Source of the DNA: Candidatus Micrarchaeota archaeon
GTDB taxonomy: Archaea; B1Sed10-29; B47-G15
Direction of reading: 5' to 3'
DNA length: 64,000 bases
Assembly: GCA_003660975.1 (NCBI GenBank)
Contig: QMVG01000002.1
Span: 1-64,000, forward strand
Within the stretch, counting starts at the first letter, position 1; every line of letters begins with the position of its first letter. The position numbers and the translations under genes are program-made. The notes beneath the pieces are model-generated. The model had not been told where the DNA came from. It made no database searches and worked only from the letters and a program-made list of their open reading frames with translations. Shown piece after piece: positions 15,817 through 25,483 of this stretch.

Positions 15817-17287
15817 AATCAAAGCGCTTCTTTTCCGTTTTAGCGCTGCTCTCAATTTTTCTTTTTATTATGCCCTCTTTTATCATGAATTCCACACCTG
15901 ATTTTATCAAATCTTCAGAGTATTTTGTCATCTCACTTATCGCTTTTATATTCACTAGGCCCTTATTTTCTTTTATTATTCTAAATAATTCGTCCAAGAA
16001 GCTGTCATTAAAGGCAGCATTATCTTTAAGCACCTCATATTCCCCGTTTATGTCTGCTTTGAGTGCTGGAATTTTCCGCTTTGCCATTTTGGTCACTGTT
16101 TTTGCTTTCGCTTGAATAAGCAAGACAACAATAATGGCAATAGCCAAGACCAGCGCTATGTAAAATATGGAATTACTTTCGCTTATACTCATTAAAAACG
16201 AGGTTGCCTCAAAATACGCCTTGTTTTTGTCTTCCATGGGATCTACTTTCACCAACCTCATCATCGGCTCTTCATATATCACTTGTGCTGATGCAGGTAC
16301 CTTGCTAAATAATGGGTTTTTTATCCACTGCTCGTTGTTGTAGTATTCAACCCACGCATAATAACTTCCTCCTTTCTCAGCCACCACCACCTTGCAAGGC
16401 TCTGACAGCTTATCACAGGCAGTATCATAATACGCAGCAGCAGATATAAAATCATTCAATTCTCCATGAAGGTCAACACTGTGAACAATTCTGGAAGCGC
16501 CTATGTTCTCCAATCTATCTAAGATCATTTTATTTAACTCATCTATAGTGGCAACTGTTTCAACATCTCCCCTCGTTCTAAAGCTTTGCTGAGGCACATA
16601 AGCAGTCAGCTCTAAAGGAATATACAATTGTCTTTTTCTCTGTATGTTCATCGGATAATAAATAGTTCTTACTGTCATCTGAGCATTTGGCTGAAGCGCT
16701 GGGTTGCTTATGCTAACGATATGCCATGGAATCTCCTGAAAGTTTATTTTTTCAGTTTTTAGTGAAATGCCTGGAAAGACAACCCCCAGACTTGCCCCCT
16801 CGCCCTCTTTTGGCATAAAGAGCAAGTAATTCGCACCTTCTCTAAATTGGGAAGCATCAAATATAGTCATATTCTCCTTACTGCTAAAATTGAAGTTGAG
16901 CGTTATTGAGGCGCTCTCTCCCTTATTTTTTATCTTGACTACTGTTTCAATAAAAGCATTGTATATGTTTATCTCAATGCCTACATCAACATTGCTTATT
17001 TCATTGCTTATTTTTAGCCTGTAGCTATCCGCTGGGTTGAATTTGTTATCGCTTCCACCTGCCAATATCACAAATGAATTTCTTTCTATTGGCTGCCCGT
17101 TTACATATATCTGTGGCAGTAAAGTCACATAATACCTTTCAGAAATTATCGCTTTATCAGAGAGAAGCATTGGTAGCTCTATACTGTAGCTATCAGTGCT
17201 TATGAAATAGTAATTTTCGTAAGTATATGGGTTGCTTACGCAATACATAGCAGGCATTATAATCAAAAGCAACAGCAATCTTTTCAT
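15764..17287 (-). CDS. Secreted/membrane-anchored protein with a degenerate transglutaminase-like region and a possible C-terminal HTH
   Basis: Signal peptide; YYAWVEYY...W resembles transglutaminase HAWVE; TM helix near residue 380; basic cytoplasmic tail. Confidence 0.55.
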   Translation of the reverse strand: MKRLLLLLIIMPAMYCVSNPYTYENYYFISTDSYSIELPMLLSDKAIISERYYVTLLPQIYVNGQPIERNSFVILAGGSDNKFNPADSYRLKISNEISNVDVGIEINIYNAFIETVVKIKNKGESASITLNFNFSSKENMTIFDASQFREGANYLLFMPKEGEGASLGVVFPGISLKTEKINFQEIPWHIVSISNPALQPNAQMTVRTIYYPMNIQRKRQLYIPLELTAYVPQQSFRTRGDVETVATIDELNKMILDRLENIGASRIVHSVDLHGELNDFISAAAYYDTACDKLSEPCKVVVAEKGGSYYAWVEYYNNEQWIKNPLFSKVPASAQVIYEEPMMRLVKVDPMEDKNKAYFEATSFLMSISESNSIFYIALVLAIAIIVVLLIQAKAKTVTKMAKRKIPALKADINGEYEVLKDNAAFNDSFLDELFRIIKENKGLVNIKAISEMTKYSEDLIKSGVEFMIKEGIIKRKIESSAKTEKKRFDFKMDLNLKHLKDLIGKH

Positions 17288-17802
17288 AGCTTCACCACGT
17301 GTAGTTTACTGTATATGGGGCCTCTTGTTGTTAGTTTGCTCTCATATAACACAAGGCCCTCTGCTGTGAATTCTCCCAAATCATTTAGGTTGAATACCTC
17401 TCTTATTTCCATTGGAGGTCTTTTTTTAACCCTTGCAAGTGTTATATGAGGTATAAACGCTTTGTCTTTTTTAATGCTTTTTAAAGGCTCTAAGGACATG
17501 ACTTTTTTCTCTAATTCCATTAGCTTATCTGAAACTGCAGAAGCCCATATAACGTTAATTCTTTCTTTACTTGGAAATGCGGAGATATAGCTTACTCTTA
17601 CCTTAAAGCTTCCAAAGCCTTCTAAACAATCTAAGGCATCTGCTATCTCATTTGCTTTCTCCTCTCTTATGTCTCCTAAAAACACGATGTTTATATGCAG
17701 GTTTTCTTTTTCAACACATTTTACATCAAAGCGTTTTAGAAAATTTAATGCTTTGACAATCTTTGGTAATGGAGGCACAGCAATTCCAATAAAGGCCCTC
17801 AT
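17284..17802 (-). CDS. thpR: 2H phosphoesterase (RNA 2',3'-cyclic phosphodiesterase / 2'-5' RNA ligase)
   Basis: MRAFIGI...ENLHINIVFLG...AFP...VIWA...PHITLARVK...LYESKLT..GPIY. Confidence 0.92.
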   Translation of the reverse strand: MRAFIGIAVPPLPKIVKALNFLKRFDVKCVEKENLHINIVFLGDIREEKANEIADALDCLEGFGSFKVRVSYISAFPSKERINVIWASAVSDKLMELEKKVMSLEPLKSIKKDKAFIPHITLARVKKRPPMEIREVFNLNDLGEFTAEGLVLYESKLTTRGPIYSKLHVVKL

Positions 17803-19613
17803 TTGGCTTTCACCTTTACAAATTTCAATAACTCTGCCAGGGCAATGTCATCAGTTTCGTAAAATAAAGCCCCATCGCAGAGTTGCTGCAATCTCCTAAC
17901 AACTGGAGGCTCTGCAGCTTTTGGTTTTATTTTTTCGCTTGACATCTCGATATCATACCTCTTGTTGTGTTCAGCGAAGTGTTCGTGAGCATCACTTCCC
18001 ACAACTTCCCCTATCCTAAACTTCAGTCCACTTGCTCTCTCCTCTTCCCTTATCTTCCTTCTCGTGAATCTAAGTATTTTTTCCATAAGGTCAAGTTCCT
18101 TACTTGTAAATGTTTCGCTGCCACTTAATATCTTAACTGCCTGAGGAAGCCCTTCATAAGTAATTATATTGAAATAATTTTCAAGCTTGATATATGCTTC
18201 ACCTTCATACTCCGCTGTAAGAACATTTAGAACATCATTTCCGGACAGCCTTCTCTCAATTATCTCATATTTCTTTTTGCACACATCGAAGGCCTTCTCT
18301 ATGACATCTTCAAGTTTGTTATAAAACACTGTTTCATTTTTATTTTCATAAGCAATCTTCACGATGTTTATACTAACACTCTGCATCACACCTCCTCTCA
18401 TGTTCATTGTAGGTAGAGTGTTTCCATAAACTAGATTGTCGCCTCTCGTTAGGTAAACTTCCTGTTTGGCTTCTTTCAATAAGCTTCGGCAGTCCTCGCC
18501 ACAATAGGTAACATTGATGTCAGGGTATAGAAAGCTAACCTCTGGATACGATTTGTCTCTCATATACATCATCTCTCTGAGAAAAGCCCTGCTTTCATCT
18601 TCGTACTCTCCATAAGTGCCTTTGAACTCCCCGCCCTTAGAAACCGCTTTCTTGGAGGATAGCTCTTTTGGGATTTCAGAGTCCATATTTATTGTTATGG
18701 CTTTTTTGCCCATCAATTCATAATTTATTTCATAAAGGAATTTTTGGCAAAGCTGCCTGATGCTTTTCTTGCTCATTCTCCTTATGTATGGAGCAATGAA
18801 AACATTGAAGTGGTCAATGCTTATTCCTCCACTGACGAACTTTATACTTGCAAGAGCTGCCCTCACAACATGAGATATCGCCACCTCTGCACTTTTTGCA
18901 GGTTTTGTTTTTATTATACCTGGAAAGGCCAAACCATTCTTTAGAAAGACACGGATGTCATGCTCAAAACTTATTGGGCTGGTGATAAAGTCATGCAAGT
19001 CATGGATGTGAAGGTCTGCATTTAAGTGCATGTTGCTAATCTGCTGAGGCAGTATTCTAGTTAGTATGTATTCCTGCATGATGGCGTTTATGAAACTTTC
19101 CTTAAACAGGCGGGGCGATGACATTGATTTTTTTCTTATCATTTGGCTAATATCATATACAGGAAGCCCTATACGGGTGTACTTCAACTTTTCACTATCC
19201 ATCCTTTTCTCAAGTAGTTTTGCGTTCACCATTTCTCTGATTAAGGGGGCGCTTATGTTTCTCAACTGCAGTTTTCTTATGTCATTTTCAACATTCTTGG
19301 CTATCTCTTCAGCCACAATCTTTGAAACCCTTGTTTCCTTTATTAGCGACTTGACTATTTTATCGCGCTCGAACGGTTCAATTATATTTTTTGATGTTCT
19401 CACATTTATGAAATGATAAGACTCGTATTGCTGAGCAGCATTGGGGTCGTGTTTCTTTAGCTCTTCAATTACCATTTTATCTATGGTGGCTTGTAGGAGC
19501 TTTCTTTTCATCTTATCTTTTAGAGCAATAGCGACTTGACCAGCGAGCCAGAAGTCAATGCCTGCTTTTATGCACCTTTGTATTATGATATTTGGGTTTA
19601 TCCTTTCAACCAT
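17799..19613 (-). CDS. ATP-cone-containing class III ribonucleotide reductase (NrdD) homologue, apparently non-catalytic
   Basis: ATP cone (VRTSKNIIEPFERDKIVKSLIKET..SAPLIREMVNAKLLE), YTRIGLPVYD, HIHDL, PAKS, SGG, NVFIAPY, SVSIN; no catalytic Cys or C-terminal RxxGY. Confidence 0.82.
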   Translation of the reverse strand: MVERINPNIIIQRCIKAGIDFWLAGQVAIALKDKMKRKLLQATIDKMVIEELKKHDPNAAQQYESYHFINVRTSKNIIEPFERDKIVKSLIKETRVSKIVAEEIAKNVENDIRKLQLRNISAPLIREMVNAKLLEKRMDSEKLKYTRIGLPVYDISQMIRKKSMSSPRLFKESFINAIMQEYILTRILPQQISNMHLNADLHIHDLHDFITSPISFEHDIRVFLKNGLAFPGIIKTKPAKSAEVAISHVVRAALASIKFVSGGISIDHFNVFIAPYIRRMSKKSIRQLCQKFLYEINYELMGKKAITINMDSEIPKELSSKKAVSKGGEFKGTYGEYEDESRAFLREMMYMRDKSYPEVSFLYPDINVTYCGEDCRSLLKEAKQEVYLTRGDNLVYGNTLPTMNMRGGVMQSVSINIVKIAYENKNETVFYNKLEDVIEKAFDVCKKKYEIIERRLSGNDVLNVLTAEYEGEAYIKLENYFNIITYEGLPQAVKILSGSETFTSKELDLMEKILRFTRRKIREEERASGLKFRIGEVVGSDAHEHFAEHNKRYDIEMSSEKIKPKAAEPPVVRRLQQLCDGALFYETDDIALAELLKFVKVKAK

Positions 19614-19649
19614 ATGCCATTATTAGGATGTTTTTAGCATAAGTATATT

Positions 19650-20069
19650 ATGGAAGAAATTGATGAGACCGATGAGAAGATTATAGAGATATTAAAAAAG
19701 GACTCAAGGACTGCATATACAGATATTTCGAAGAAGCTAGGCCTGTCTGACGTGGCTGTTAAGAAGAGAATTGACAAGCTAATTGAAAAAGGCATAATAA
19801 AGCACTTCTCAATCACCCTTGATTACGCAAAAATAGGAAAGCCCCTGAGGGCCTTTCTTCTTTTGAGGATGAAGCCCAGCTATACAGAGGACATAATAGA
19901 ACACCTGGCAAAAATAGATGGAGTACTCAACGTTCTTCAAACTGTGGGGAGTTATGATTTTCTAGTGGAGCTTGTTTGTAGGGATATGGGTGAATTAAAA
20001 AGAATAGCAGAGGAGCAGATAGGCAATTTAGAGGGAATAAATGAGATAAGGACCTTAATAGGTGTTTGA
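19650..20069 (+). CDS. Lrp/AsnC family transcriptional regulator
   Basis: IDETDEKIIEILKKDSR.AYTDISKKLGLS..AVKKRI..L...GII; GSYDF. Confidence 0.95.
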   Translation: MEEIDETDEKIIEILKKDSRTAYTDISKKLGLSDVAVKKRIDKLIEKGIIKHFSITLDYAKIGKPLRAFLLLRMKPSYTEDIIEHLAKIDGVLNVLQTVGSYDFLVELVCRDMGELKRIAEEQIGNLEGINEIRTLIGV

Positions 20070-20363
20070 GTGAAAATTGTTGCTGACTTAATGGAGAGTG
20101 AAGACCCAAAAAAGCTTTTAAGAGCTCTCAAAAAGCTCTTTCCAGATGCCAACTTTACAGTAGGCCCTTCATTTATAGAGGGAGAGTCAGATCTGGAAGA
20201 ATTTTGGACATTGGTTGACAAAGCAAAAATAGGCCCCACAATCGAAGAACTGATAGATGCAAATGGCTTTGTAGACCTAAATAAGATAGCTGCCCTAGCA
20301 GGTAAAGTAGCAATTGACCAAGGCTCACCGATCGGCAAGATACGCGTCTTTTTTAGCAAATAA
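20070..20363 (+). CDS. Small DUF54-like (predicted RNA-binding) protein
   Basis: SEDPKKLLRALKKLFP...LNKIAALAGKV...SPIGKI. Confidence 0.65.
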   Translation: MKIVADLMESEDPKKLLRALKKLFPDANFTVGPSFIEGESDLEEFWTLVDKAKIGPTIEELIDANGFVDLNKIAALAGKVAIDQGSPIGKIRVFFSK

Positions 20364-20393
20364 TTAATAAATAAGCTTAGCCAAAATAATACT

Positions 20394-21239
20394 ATGCTTA
20401 GAAAACTGCCAATTGCACTGCTTTTCATTTTAACAATCTCGCTAGCCAATATTTACATGCTTTATCCAAAGAGGATTACTTTTACTGAAGAGCGCTTAGA
20501 CCTTGATGAGGGAGTTAGGTATCTTAAAGGCATAAACCTCGGTGATATGGCACCTGGTCAAACATTGAAAATCATAATTGACAGGAGAAGCAGCTCTGAA
20601 AGAAACCTACCTGGTGAGCAGTTTTTGTGGAATTATCTCGAAATTTCTTCTTACGAAGAGGGTTGGCAAGTGAGTTCATTTGAAACAGAGCCAACAATGT
20701 TGAGCATAAGCATAACCGCTCCAAAAACAGCGTCAGGCACCTCTTCATTTTACCTCATCGCCAAGAATATAGAGCAAGAAGAGGGTTTGAGGACACCTGA
20801 AAAGGTACTGCTGCAAGTGAACATAAAGCCAGATGTTTTTGACTACCTTGTAAGTGAAAATGAAACATATACAGCAGAGGCAGGCAGGTTGAATAACGTA
20901 ACATTTAACATAAAGAGCAGGTCTATTGCTATGGATAGTCTGCTTTTGGAGGCACAGACTTTGCCAAATAAATGGACAAAAGCAGCGTATATGGATGTTG
21001 AACCTCTTGTTAACAACAAGGTAAGCTTGATGTTGGAGCCAATGGAGGAAGGTCTGTATCCTCTGACAGTGAAAGTGAGCAGAGCTTCAAATCCTGAAAT
21101 AGTTGATTATTTCAACACGAGGTTAAGGGTGTATCCTACTATGGCTTCAAAGTTTAAGGCCTGTGCAGAAGGTTTTTCTATCACTAGCCTCGTTTTACAA
21201 CCAATCTATTCCTTAATGGCGTTAATATCTTCACTTTAA
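20394..21239 (+). CDS. Hypothetical secreted beta-rich protein
   Basis: N-terminal signal, beta-sandwich-like body, C-terminal hydrophobic tail. Confidence 0.6.
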   Translation: MLRKLPIALLFILTISLANIYMLYPKRITFTEERLDLDEGVRYLKGINLGDMAPGQTLKIIIDRRSSSERNLPGEQFLWNYLEISSYEEGWQVSSFETEPTMLSISITAPKTASGTSSFYLIAKNIEQEEGLRTPEKVLLQVNIKPDVFDYLVSENETYTAEAGRLNNVTFNIKSRSIAMDSLLLEAQTLPNKWTKAAYMDVEPLVNNKVSLMLEPMEEGLYPLTVKVSRASNPEIVDYFNTRLRVYPTMASKFKACAEGFSITSLVLQPIYSLMALISSL

Positions 21240-21249
21240 GACAGGTGAG

Positions 21250-22581
21250 TTGGTGTATTCAAAGAACATATCTGAGTTATTGGCTAAGATAAATGCGAAT
21301 TACGGTGATTTTATAAAAATAGAAAAATCTGGCAGGCATTATGAAGGCATTTTAATGCCTCCGCCAGAAATTGGTGACAGCGATGCAATCATCATAAAAT
21401 TAAAAAACGGCTATAACATCGGTGTCTCTTATGATGCTTCTATGGCTGTATCTCTCATTGAAAAATCCAAGTGGAAGAAAAAAGAAACTAAGGTGAAGTT
21501 AAATTTTGACAAGAAAAAAAGCGATGTAGCGCTGATAAGCACAGGTGGGACCATAACATCCAAAGTAGACTATGAAACAGGAGGCGTTAGCTCTTTAATG
21601 AAAGCAGAGGAACTCATCTCTCTTGTGCCTGAAATTGTAGAGTGGGCGAATTTAGAGATAGTCACTCCCTTCAGCAGAATGAGTGAGTCGATAAGTCCGA
21701 AGGATTGGCAACAGCTGGCTAAGGCAACTTTTAAAGAACTCAAAAAAAGAGACGCCATTATAATAACCCACGGGACAGACACATTGCACTACACAGCAGC
21801 TGCCCTATCCTTTATGATAAGAAATCTAAACAAACCAATTATCTTAACAGCAGCCCAGAGGTCTTCTGATAGGGGAAGCACTGACGCTGCTTTGAACCTA
21901 CTCTGTTCTTCTATAGCAGCCTCTAAGTTAGATATAGCAGAGGTGTCCATATGCATGCACGCAAATATTAGCGATGATTTCTGTTATCTACTTCGTGGCA
22001 CAAAGGTAAGAAAAATGCACAGTAGTGCAAGGAATGCCTTTAGACCAATAAACACCTTGCCAATAGCAGAGGTATGGCCTGACGGCAAGATAAACATTTT
22101 GTCTGACTACAAAAAGAGCAGCGATTTAGAAGCCAAATTAGACAACAAATATGAAGAAAAAGTGGCGCTTGTAAAAATATATCCTGGCATAAATTCAGAT
22201 GTTTTGGATTATTATATTGACAGAGGTTATAAAGGGCTAATTCTTGAGGCCTTTGGATTAGGGCATGTGCCTACTGAGACGAGAGAAAAAAAGCACTCAC
22301 TTTACAATTCCATAAAAATGGCAATAGAAAGGGGAATATTTGTTGGCTTTGCTGCTCAGACCCTATATGGCTCGCTAAACCCATATGTTTACTCTAGCGG
22401 TAGGAAAATGTTGGATTTGGGCGTTGTCTACTTGAAAGACATGCTTCCAGAGGTAGCATTAGTGAAGCTGGGCTGGGTGTTAGCACACAGTAAAAACATT
22501 GAGGAAACAAAGGCTTTGATGCTCAAAAATATCGCTGGAGAATTTAATGATAAAATCACTGCAGAGCAGTTTCTGTATTGA
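21250..22581 (+). CDS. gatD: Glu-tRNA(Gln) amidotransferase subunit D
   Basis: IKLKNGYNIG, STGGTI, THGTDT, QRSSDRGSTD, KMHS, DMLPE. Confidence 0.97.
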   Translation: MVYSKNISELLAKINANYGDFIKIEKSGRHYEGILMPPPEIGDSDAIIIKLKNGYNIGVSYDASMAVSLIEKSKWKKKETKVKLNFDKKKSDVALISTGGTITSKVDYETGGVSSLMKAEELISLVPEIVEWANLEIVTPFSRMSESISPKDWQQLAKATFKELKKRDAIIITHGTDTLHYTAAALSFMIRNLNKPIILTAAQRSSDRGSTDAALNLLCSSIAASKLDIAEVSICMHANISDDFCYLLRGTKVRKMHSSARNAFRPINTLPIAEVWPDGKINILSDYKKSSDLEAKLDNKYEEKVALVKIYPGINSDVLDYYIDRGYKGLILEAFGLGHVPTETREKKHSLYNSIKMAIERGIFVGFAAQTLYGSLNPYVYSSGRKMLDLGVVYLKDMLPEVALVKLGWVLAHSKNIEETKALMLKNIAGEFNDKITAEQFLY

Positions 22582-23111
22582 GGGATTATATGATAATAGG
22601 TGTCGCAGGTTACGCTGCAAGTGGAAAGGACAGCATAGCGGATTACTTAGAGAAGAAATATGGCTTTAAGCACCTGGATTTTTTTAGAGATATTTTGCTT
22701 TCAATGTTGAGGGAGAGGGGTTTGAAAGAAGACAAAATGAATGCCTCTGTTTTGGGAAATGAGCTCAGGCAGAACTATGGAAGGGGCGCTTTGGCAAAGT
22801 TGATGGCTGAAAGACTGATTGAAAACACGGATTATGTTATCACTGGTTTTAGGAGCCCTGAGGAGGTTGAAGAAATCAGGAAGAAAGGGGAATTTCTCCT
22901 CTTGTGGGTATGGGCACCGTTAAAGAAAAGATTCAGTAGGAGAAGGGACATAGACCCCCAAAACATAGAGGAATTTAAAAGAAGAGATGAGCTGGATAAG
23001 GAAAAAGGCATGGATGAGGTTTTCAAAAGTGCAGACATTATAATAAACAATGAGGGCAGTATTGAGGAATTGCACCAGCTTATAGACAGCATTATGGAGA
23101 AATTAAGATGA
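22578..23111 (+). CDS. P-loop nucleotide kinase (archaeal COG0237/dephospho-CoA kinase-like), copy 1
   Basis: GVAGYAASGKD, ITGFRSPEEV, RFSRRR, ADIIINNEGSIEEL. Confidence 0.85.
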   Translation: MRDYMIIGVAGYAASGKDSIADYLEKKYGFKHLDFFRDILLSMLRERGLKEDKMNASVLGNELRQNYGRGALAKLMAERLIENTDYVITGFRSPEEVEEIRKKGEFLLLWVWAPLKKRFSRRRDIDPQNIEEFKRRDELDKEKGMDEVFKSADIIINNEGSIEELHQLIDSIMEKLR

Positions 23112-23635
23112 AGATAATCATCGTGGTTGGTCTCGTAAGAAGCGGAAAGGACACGGTTTCTGAGTATATTTCAAGAGCTTATGGCTATCAATTATTGGTA
23201 GCAAGTGATGTTATCAGAGAGGAAGCCAAGAAGAGAGGAATAACACCAAGCAAAGAAAACCTTACAAAGCTTACAGAGGAATTATATGAGAATGGCTTTC
23301 AGGGCGAGATTGCAAGGCGTTTAATGAAGCGCTTTAGCTCGGACAGAGTCGTAATAAACGGCTTTAGGAGCCCTGTTCAAATAGACTTTCTTAGAAACGA
23401 ATATAATGGAGATGTTTATGTTTTAGAAGTGTTCAGCCGCTCTGATCTGCGTTTCGCTAGGCGGGAAAATGACGATCCTCAAAATGAGGAAAAATTTTTT
23501 GAGAGAGACAAGATAGACATAGAAAAATTTGCCCTAAATAAAGTGCTTGAGATGGCTGATTACAGAGTAAACAATAATGGCAGCAAAGAGGAACTATATA
23601 AGCAGATAGATGAGTTTATGAAGGAGATTGAATGA
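23108..23635 (+). CDS. P-loop nucleotide kinase (COG0237-like), copy 2
   Basis: VGLVRSGKD, INGFRSPVQI, RFARR, ADYRVNNNGSKEEL. Confidence 0.85.
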   Translation: MKIIIVVGLVRSGKDTVSEYISRAYGYQLLVASDVIREEAKKRGITPSKENLTKLTEELYENGFQGEIARRLMKRFSSDRVVINGFRSPVQIDFLRNEYNGDVYVLEVFSRSDLRFARRENDDPQNEEKFFERDKIDIEKFALNKVLEMADYRVNNNGSKEELYKQIDEFMKEIE

Positions 23636-25479
23636 ATTACAAGAAACTGGGTTTAAAAGTTGGCCTGGAATTTCACCAAAGATTGGATACTCATAAGCTG
23701 TTTTGCAATTGCTCCTCTGTTATGGAGGACAGTCCTGTGATTTACACTGTTACGCGAAGGCTTAGGCCAGTAGCAGGAGAGCTTGGAGAATTAGACGAAG
23801 CAGCCCTTCAAGAGTTCAAGAGAGGAAAGGTTTTTGAATACGAGCTGAGAAAAGGAAGCTCTTGTTTGGTAGAACTTGATGAAGAGCCTCCACATGAAGT
23901 CAACAAGGATGCTTTGCATATAGCGTTAACTATATCTCTCATGCTGAACTGCAACATTGTTGATGAGATTCATTTCATGCGAAAAACAGTGATCGATGGG
24001 AGCAATACCTCTGGCTTCCAACGAACCGCAATGGTGGCGCACGGCGGTTTTTTGAAGACCCCTTATGGCAGGATACCAATAGAGGCAATCTTTTTGGAAG
24101 AGGAGTCGGCAGGCATAGTGGCCGAGACAGAAGAAAAAAAAGTTTACCGCTTGGACAGGCTTGGCATACCTTTAGTTGAAATAGCAACAGGCATCATAGA
24201 AAAAGAGCCAAAAGAGATAAAAGACATTGCCTTGCGTCTCGGCCGCCTTCTCAGGTTGACAGGAAGGGTACAGAGGGGCATAGGGAGCATAAGACAGGAT
24301 GTAAACATTTCCATTGAGAAGGGCAACAGAGTGGAGATAAAGGGTTTACAGGAAGTAGAGCTTTTGGATAAGGCGATTGACTTAGAAATTAAAAGGCAGC
24401 TTTCGCTTTTAGAGATACAAAAAGAGCTAAAAAGAAGACAGCTGAAGCACGGCAATTATATCGTAAAGGATGTTACAGCTGCCTTTGAAGGCTGTGAGAA
24501 CAATTTTATTAAGAAGGCCTTACAAAAAGGGCACAAAGTGTATGCCATGTATTTGCCTGGCTTTGAAGGAATTTTAGGAAAAGAGCTCACGCCCGGACGC
24601 AGGTTTGGCTCAGAGCTCGCAGACCACGCTAAGGGCTTTGGTCTTGGAGGAATAATCCACTCTGATGAAGACCTTGGAAAATATAAGCTTTCAGATGCAT
24701 TTAATAAGATTAAGAGAAAAGGTGAAGCTGTTTTGATAGTTGTCGGAGAAGAGAGAAAAGCATTGTCTGCATTACAGGACATATCCAATAGAATAAAGCA
24801 AGCATTTGACGGTGTGCCTAAGGAAACAAGAAGGTTCCTTCCAGATGGCAATTCTGCTTTTATGAGAGTGCTGGCAGGCGCAAAGAGAATGTATCCTGAA
24901 ACAGATGTGCCGACAGTCAAGGTCAATAGTAAGATGCTTTCCGATATCAAAAAACAGCTTCCTGAGGATTTGGACACTGTTTTGAAGAAATTGAGAAAAA
25001 TGGGTTTGAGCGAAGAATTAGCAGAAAGGGTTGTTATTAGCAAGAGAGCCAAGCTTTTTTATAAACTCGTTGATATGGGGGTCAGCCCCACGCTTGCAGC
25101 TTCAACACTGGAGGATGAACTAATTTCAATAAGGAGAGAGGGGCTGGATATAGATAATATATCAGAGAAATCTATTGAGGATATTTTTGTAGATTACCTT
25201 AGAGGCAGGTTTTCGAAGGAAGCAATACCTAAAATACTGAGAAGCTTAGCGAAATCAACGGATAAAGATGTAGAAGCTGTCATCAAAAACTTAGGTATTG
25301 AAACCGTTCCTAAGGAAAAGATCGAAGAAGAGATAACGAGAATTATCAGAGAGGAAAATCTCAACTTGAGCGACAAAAGAAAGTCCTTCCGTGCTATAAT
25401 GGGAGAACTTATGAAAAAATACAGGGGAAGAGTTGATGGGGGCCTCATGGCAGAACTTGTTAAGAAAAAATTGGGGTGA
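23632..25479 (+). CDS. gatE: Glu-tRNA(Gln) amidotransferase subunit E
   Basis: GLKVGLEFHQ.L...KLFC, RKTVIDGSNTSGFQRT, LDRLGIPLVEIAT, RMYPETD. Confidence 0.98.
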   Translation: MNYKKLGLKVGLEFHQRLDTHKLFCNCSSVMEDSPVIYTVTRRLRPVAGELGELDEAALQEFKRGKVFEYELRKGSSCLVELDEEPPHEVNKDALHIALTISLMLNCNIVDEIHFMRKTVIDGSNTSGFQRTAMVAHGGFLKTPYGRIPIEAIFLEEESAGIVAETEEKKVYRLDRLGIPLVEIATGIIEKEPKEIKDIALRLGRLLRLTGRVQRGIGSIRQDVNISIEKGNRVEIKGLQEVELLDKAIDLEIKRQLSLLEIQKELKRRQLKHGNYIVKDVTAAFEGCENNFIKKALQKGHKVYAMYLPGFEGILGKELTPGRRFGSELADHAKGFGLGGIIHSDEDLGKYKLSDAFNKIKRKGEAVLIVVGEERKALSALQDISNRIKQAFDGVPKETRRFLPDGNSAFMRVLAGAKRMYPETDVPTVKVNSKMLSDIKKQLPEDLDTVLKKLRKMGLSEELAERVVISKRAKLFYKLVDMGVSPTLAASTLEDELISIRREGLDIDNISEKSIEDIFVDYLRGRFSKEAIPKILRSLAKSTDKDVEAVIKNLGIETVPKEKIEEEITRIIREENLNLSDKRKSFRAIMGELMKKYRGRVDGGLMAELVKKKLG

Positions 25480-25483
25480 GAGT

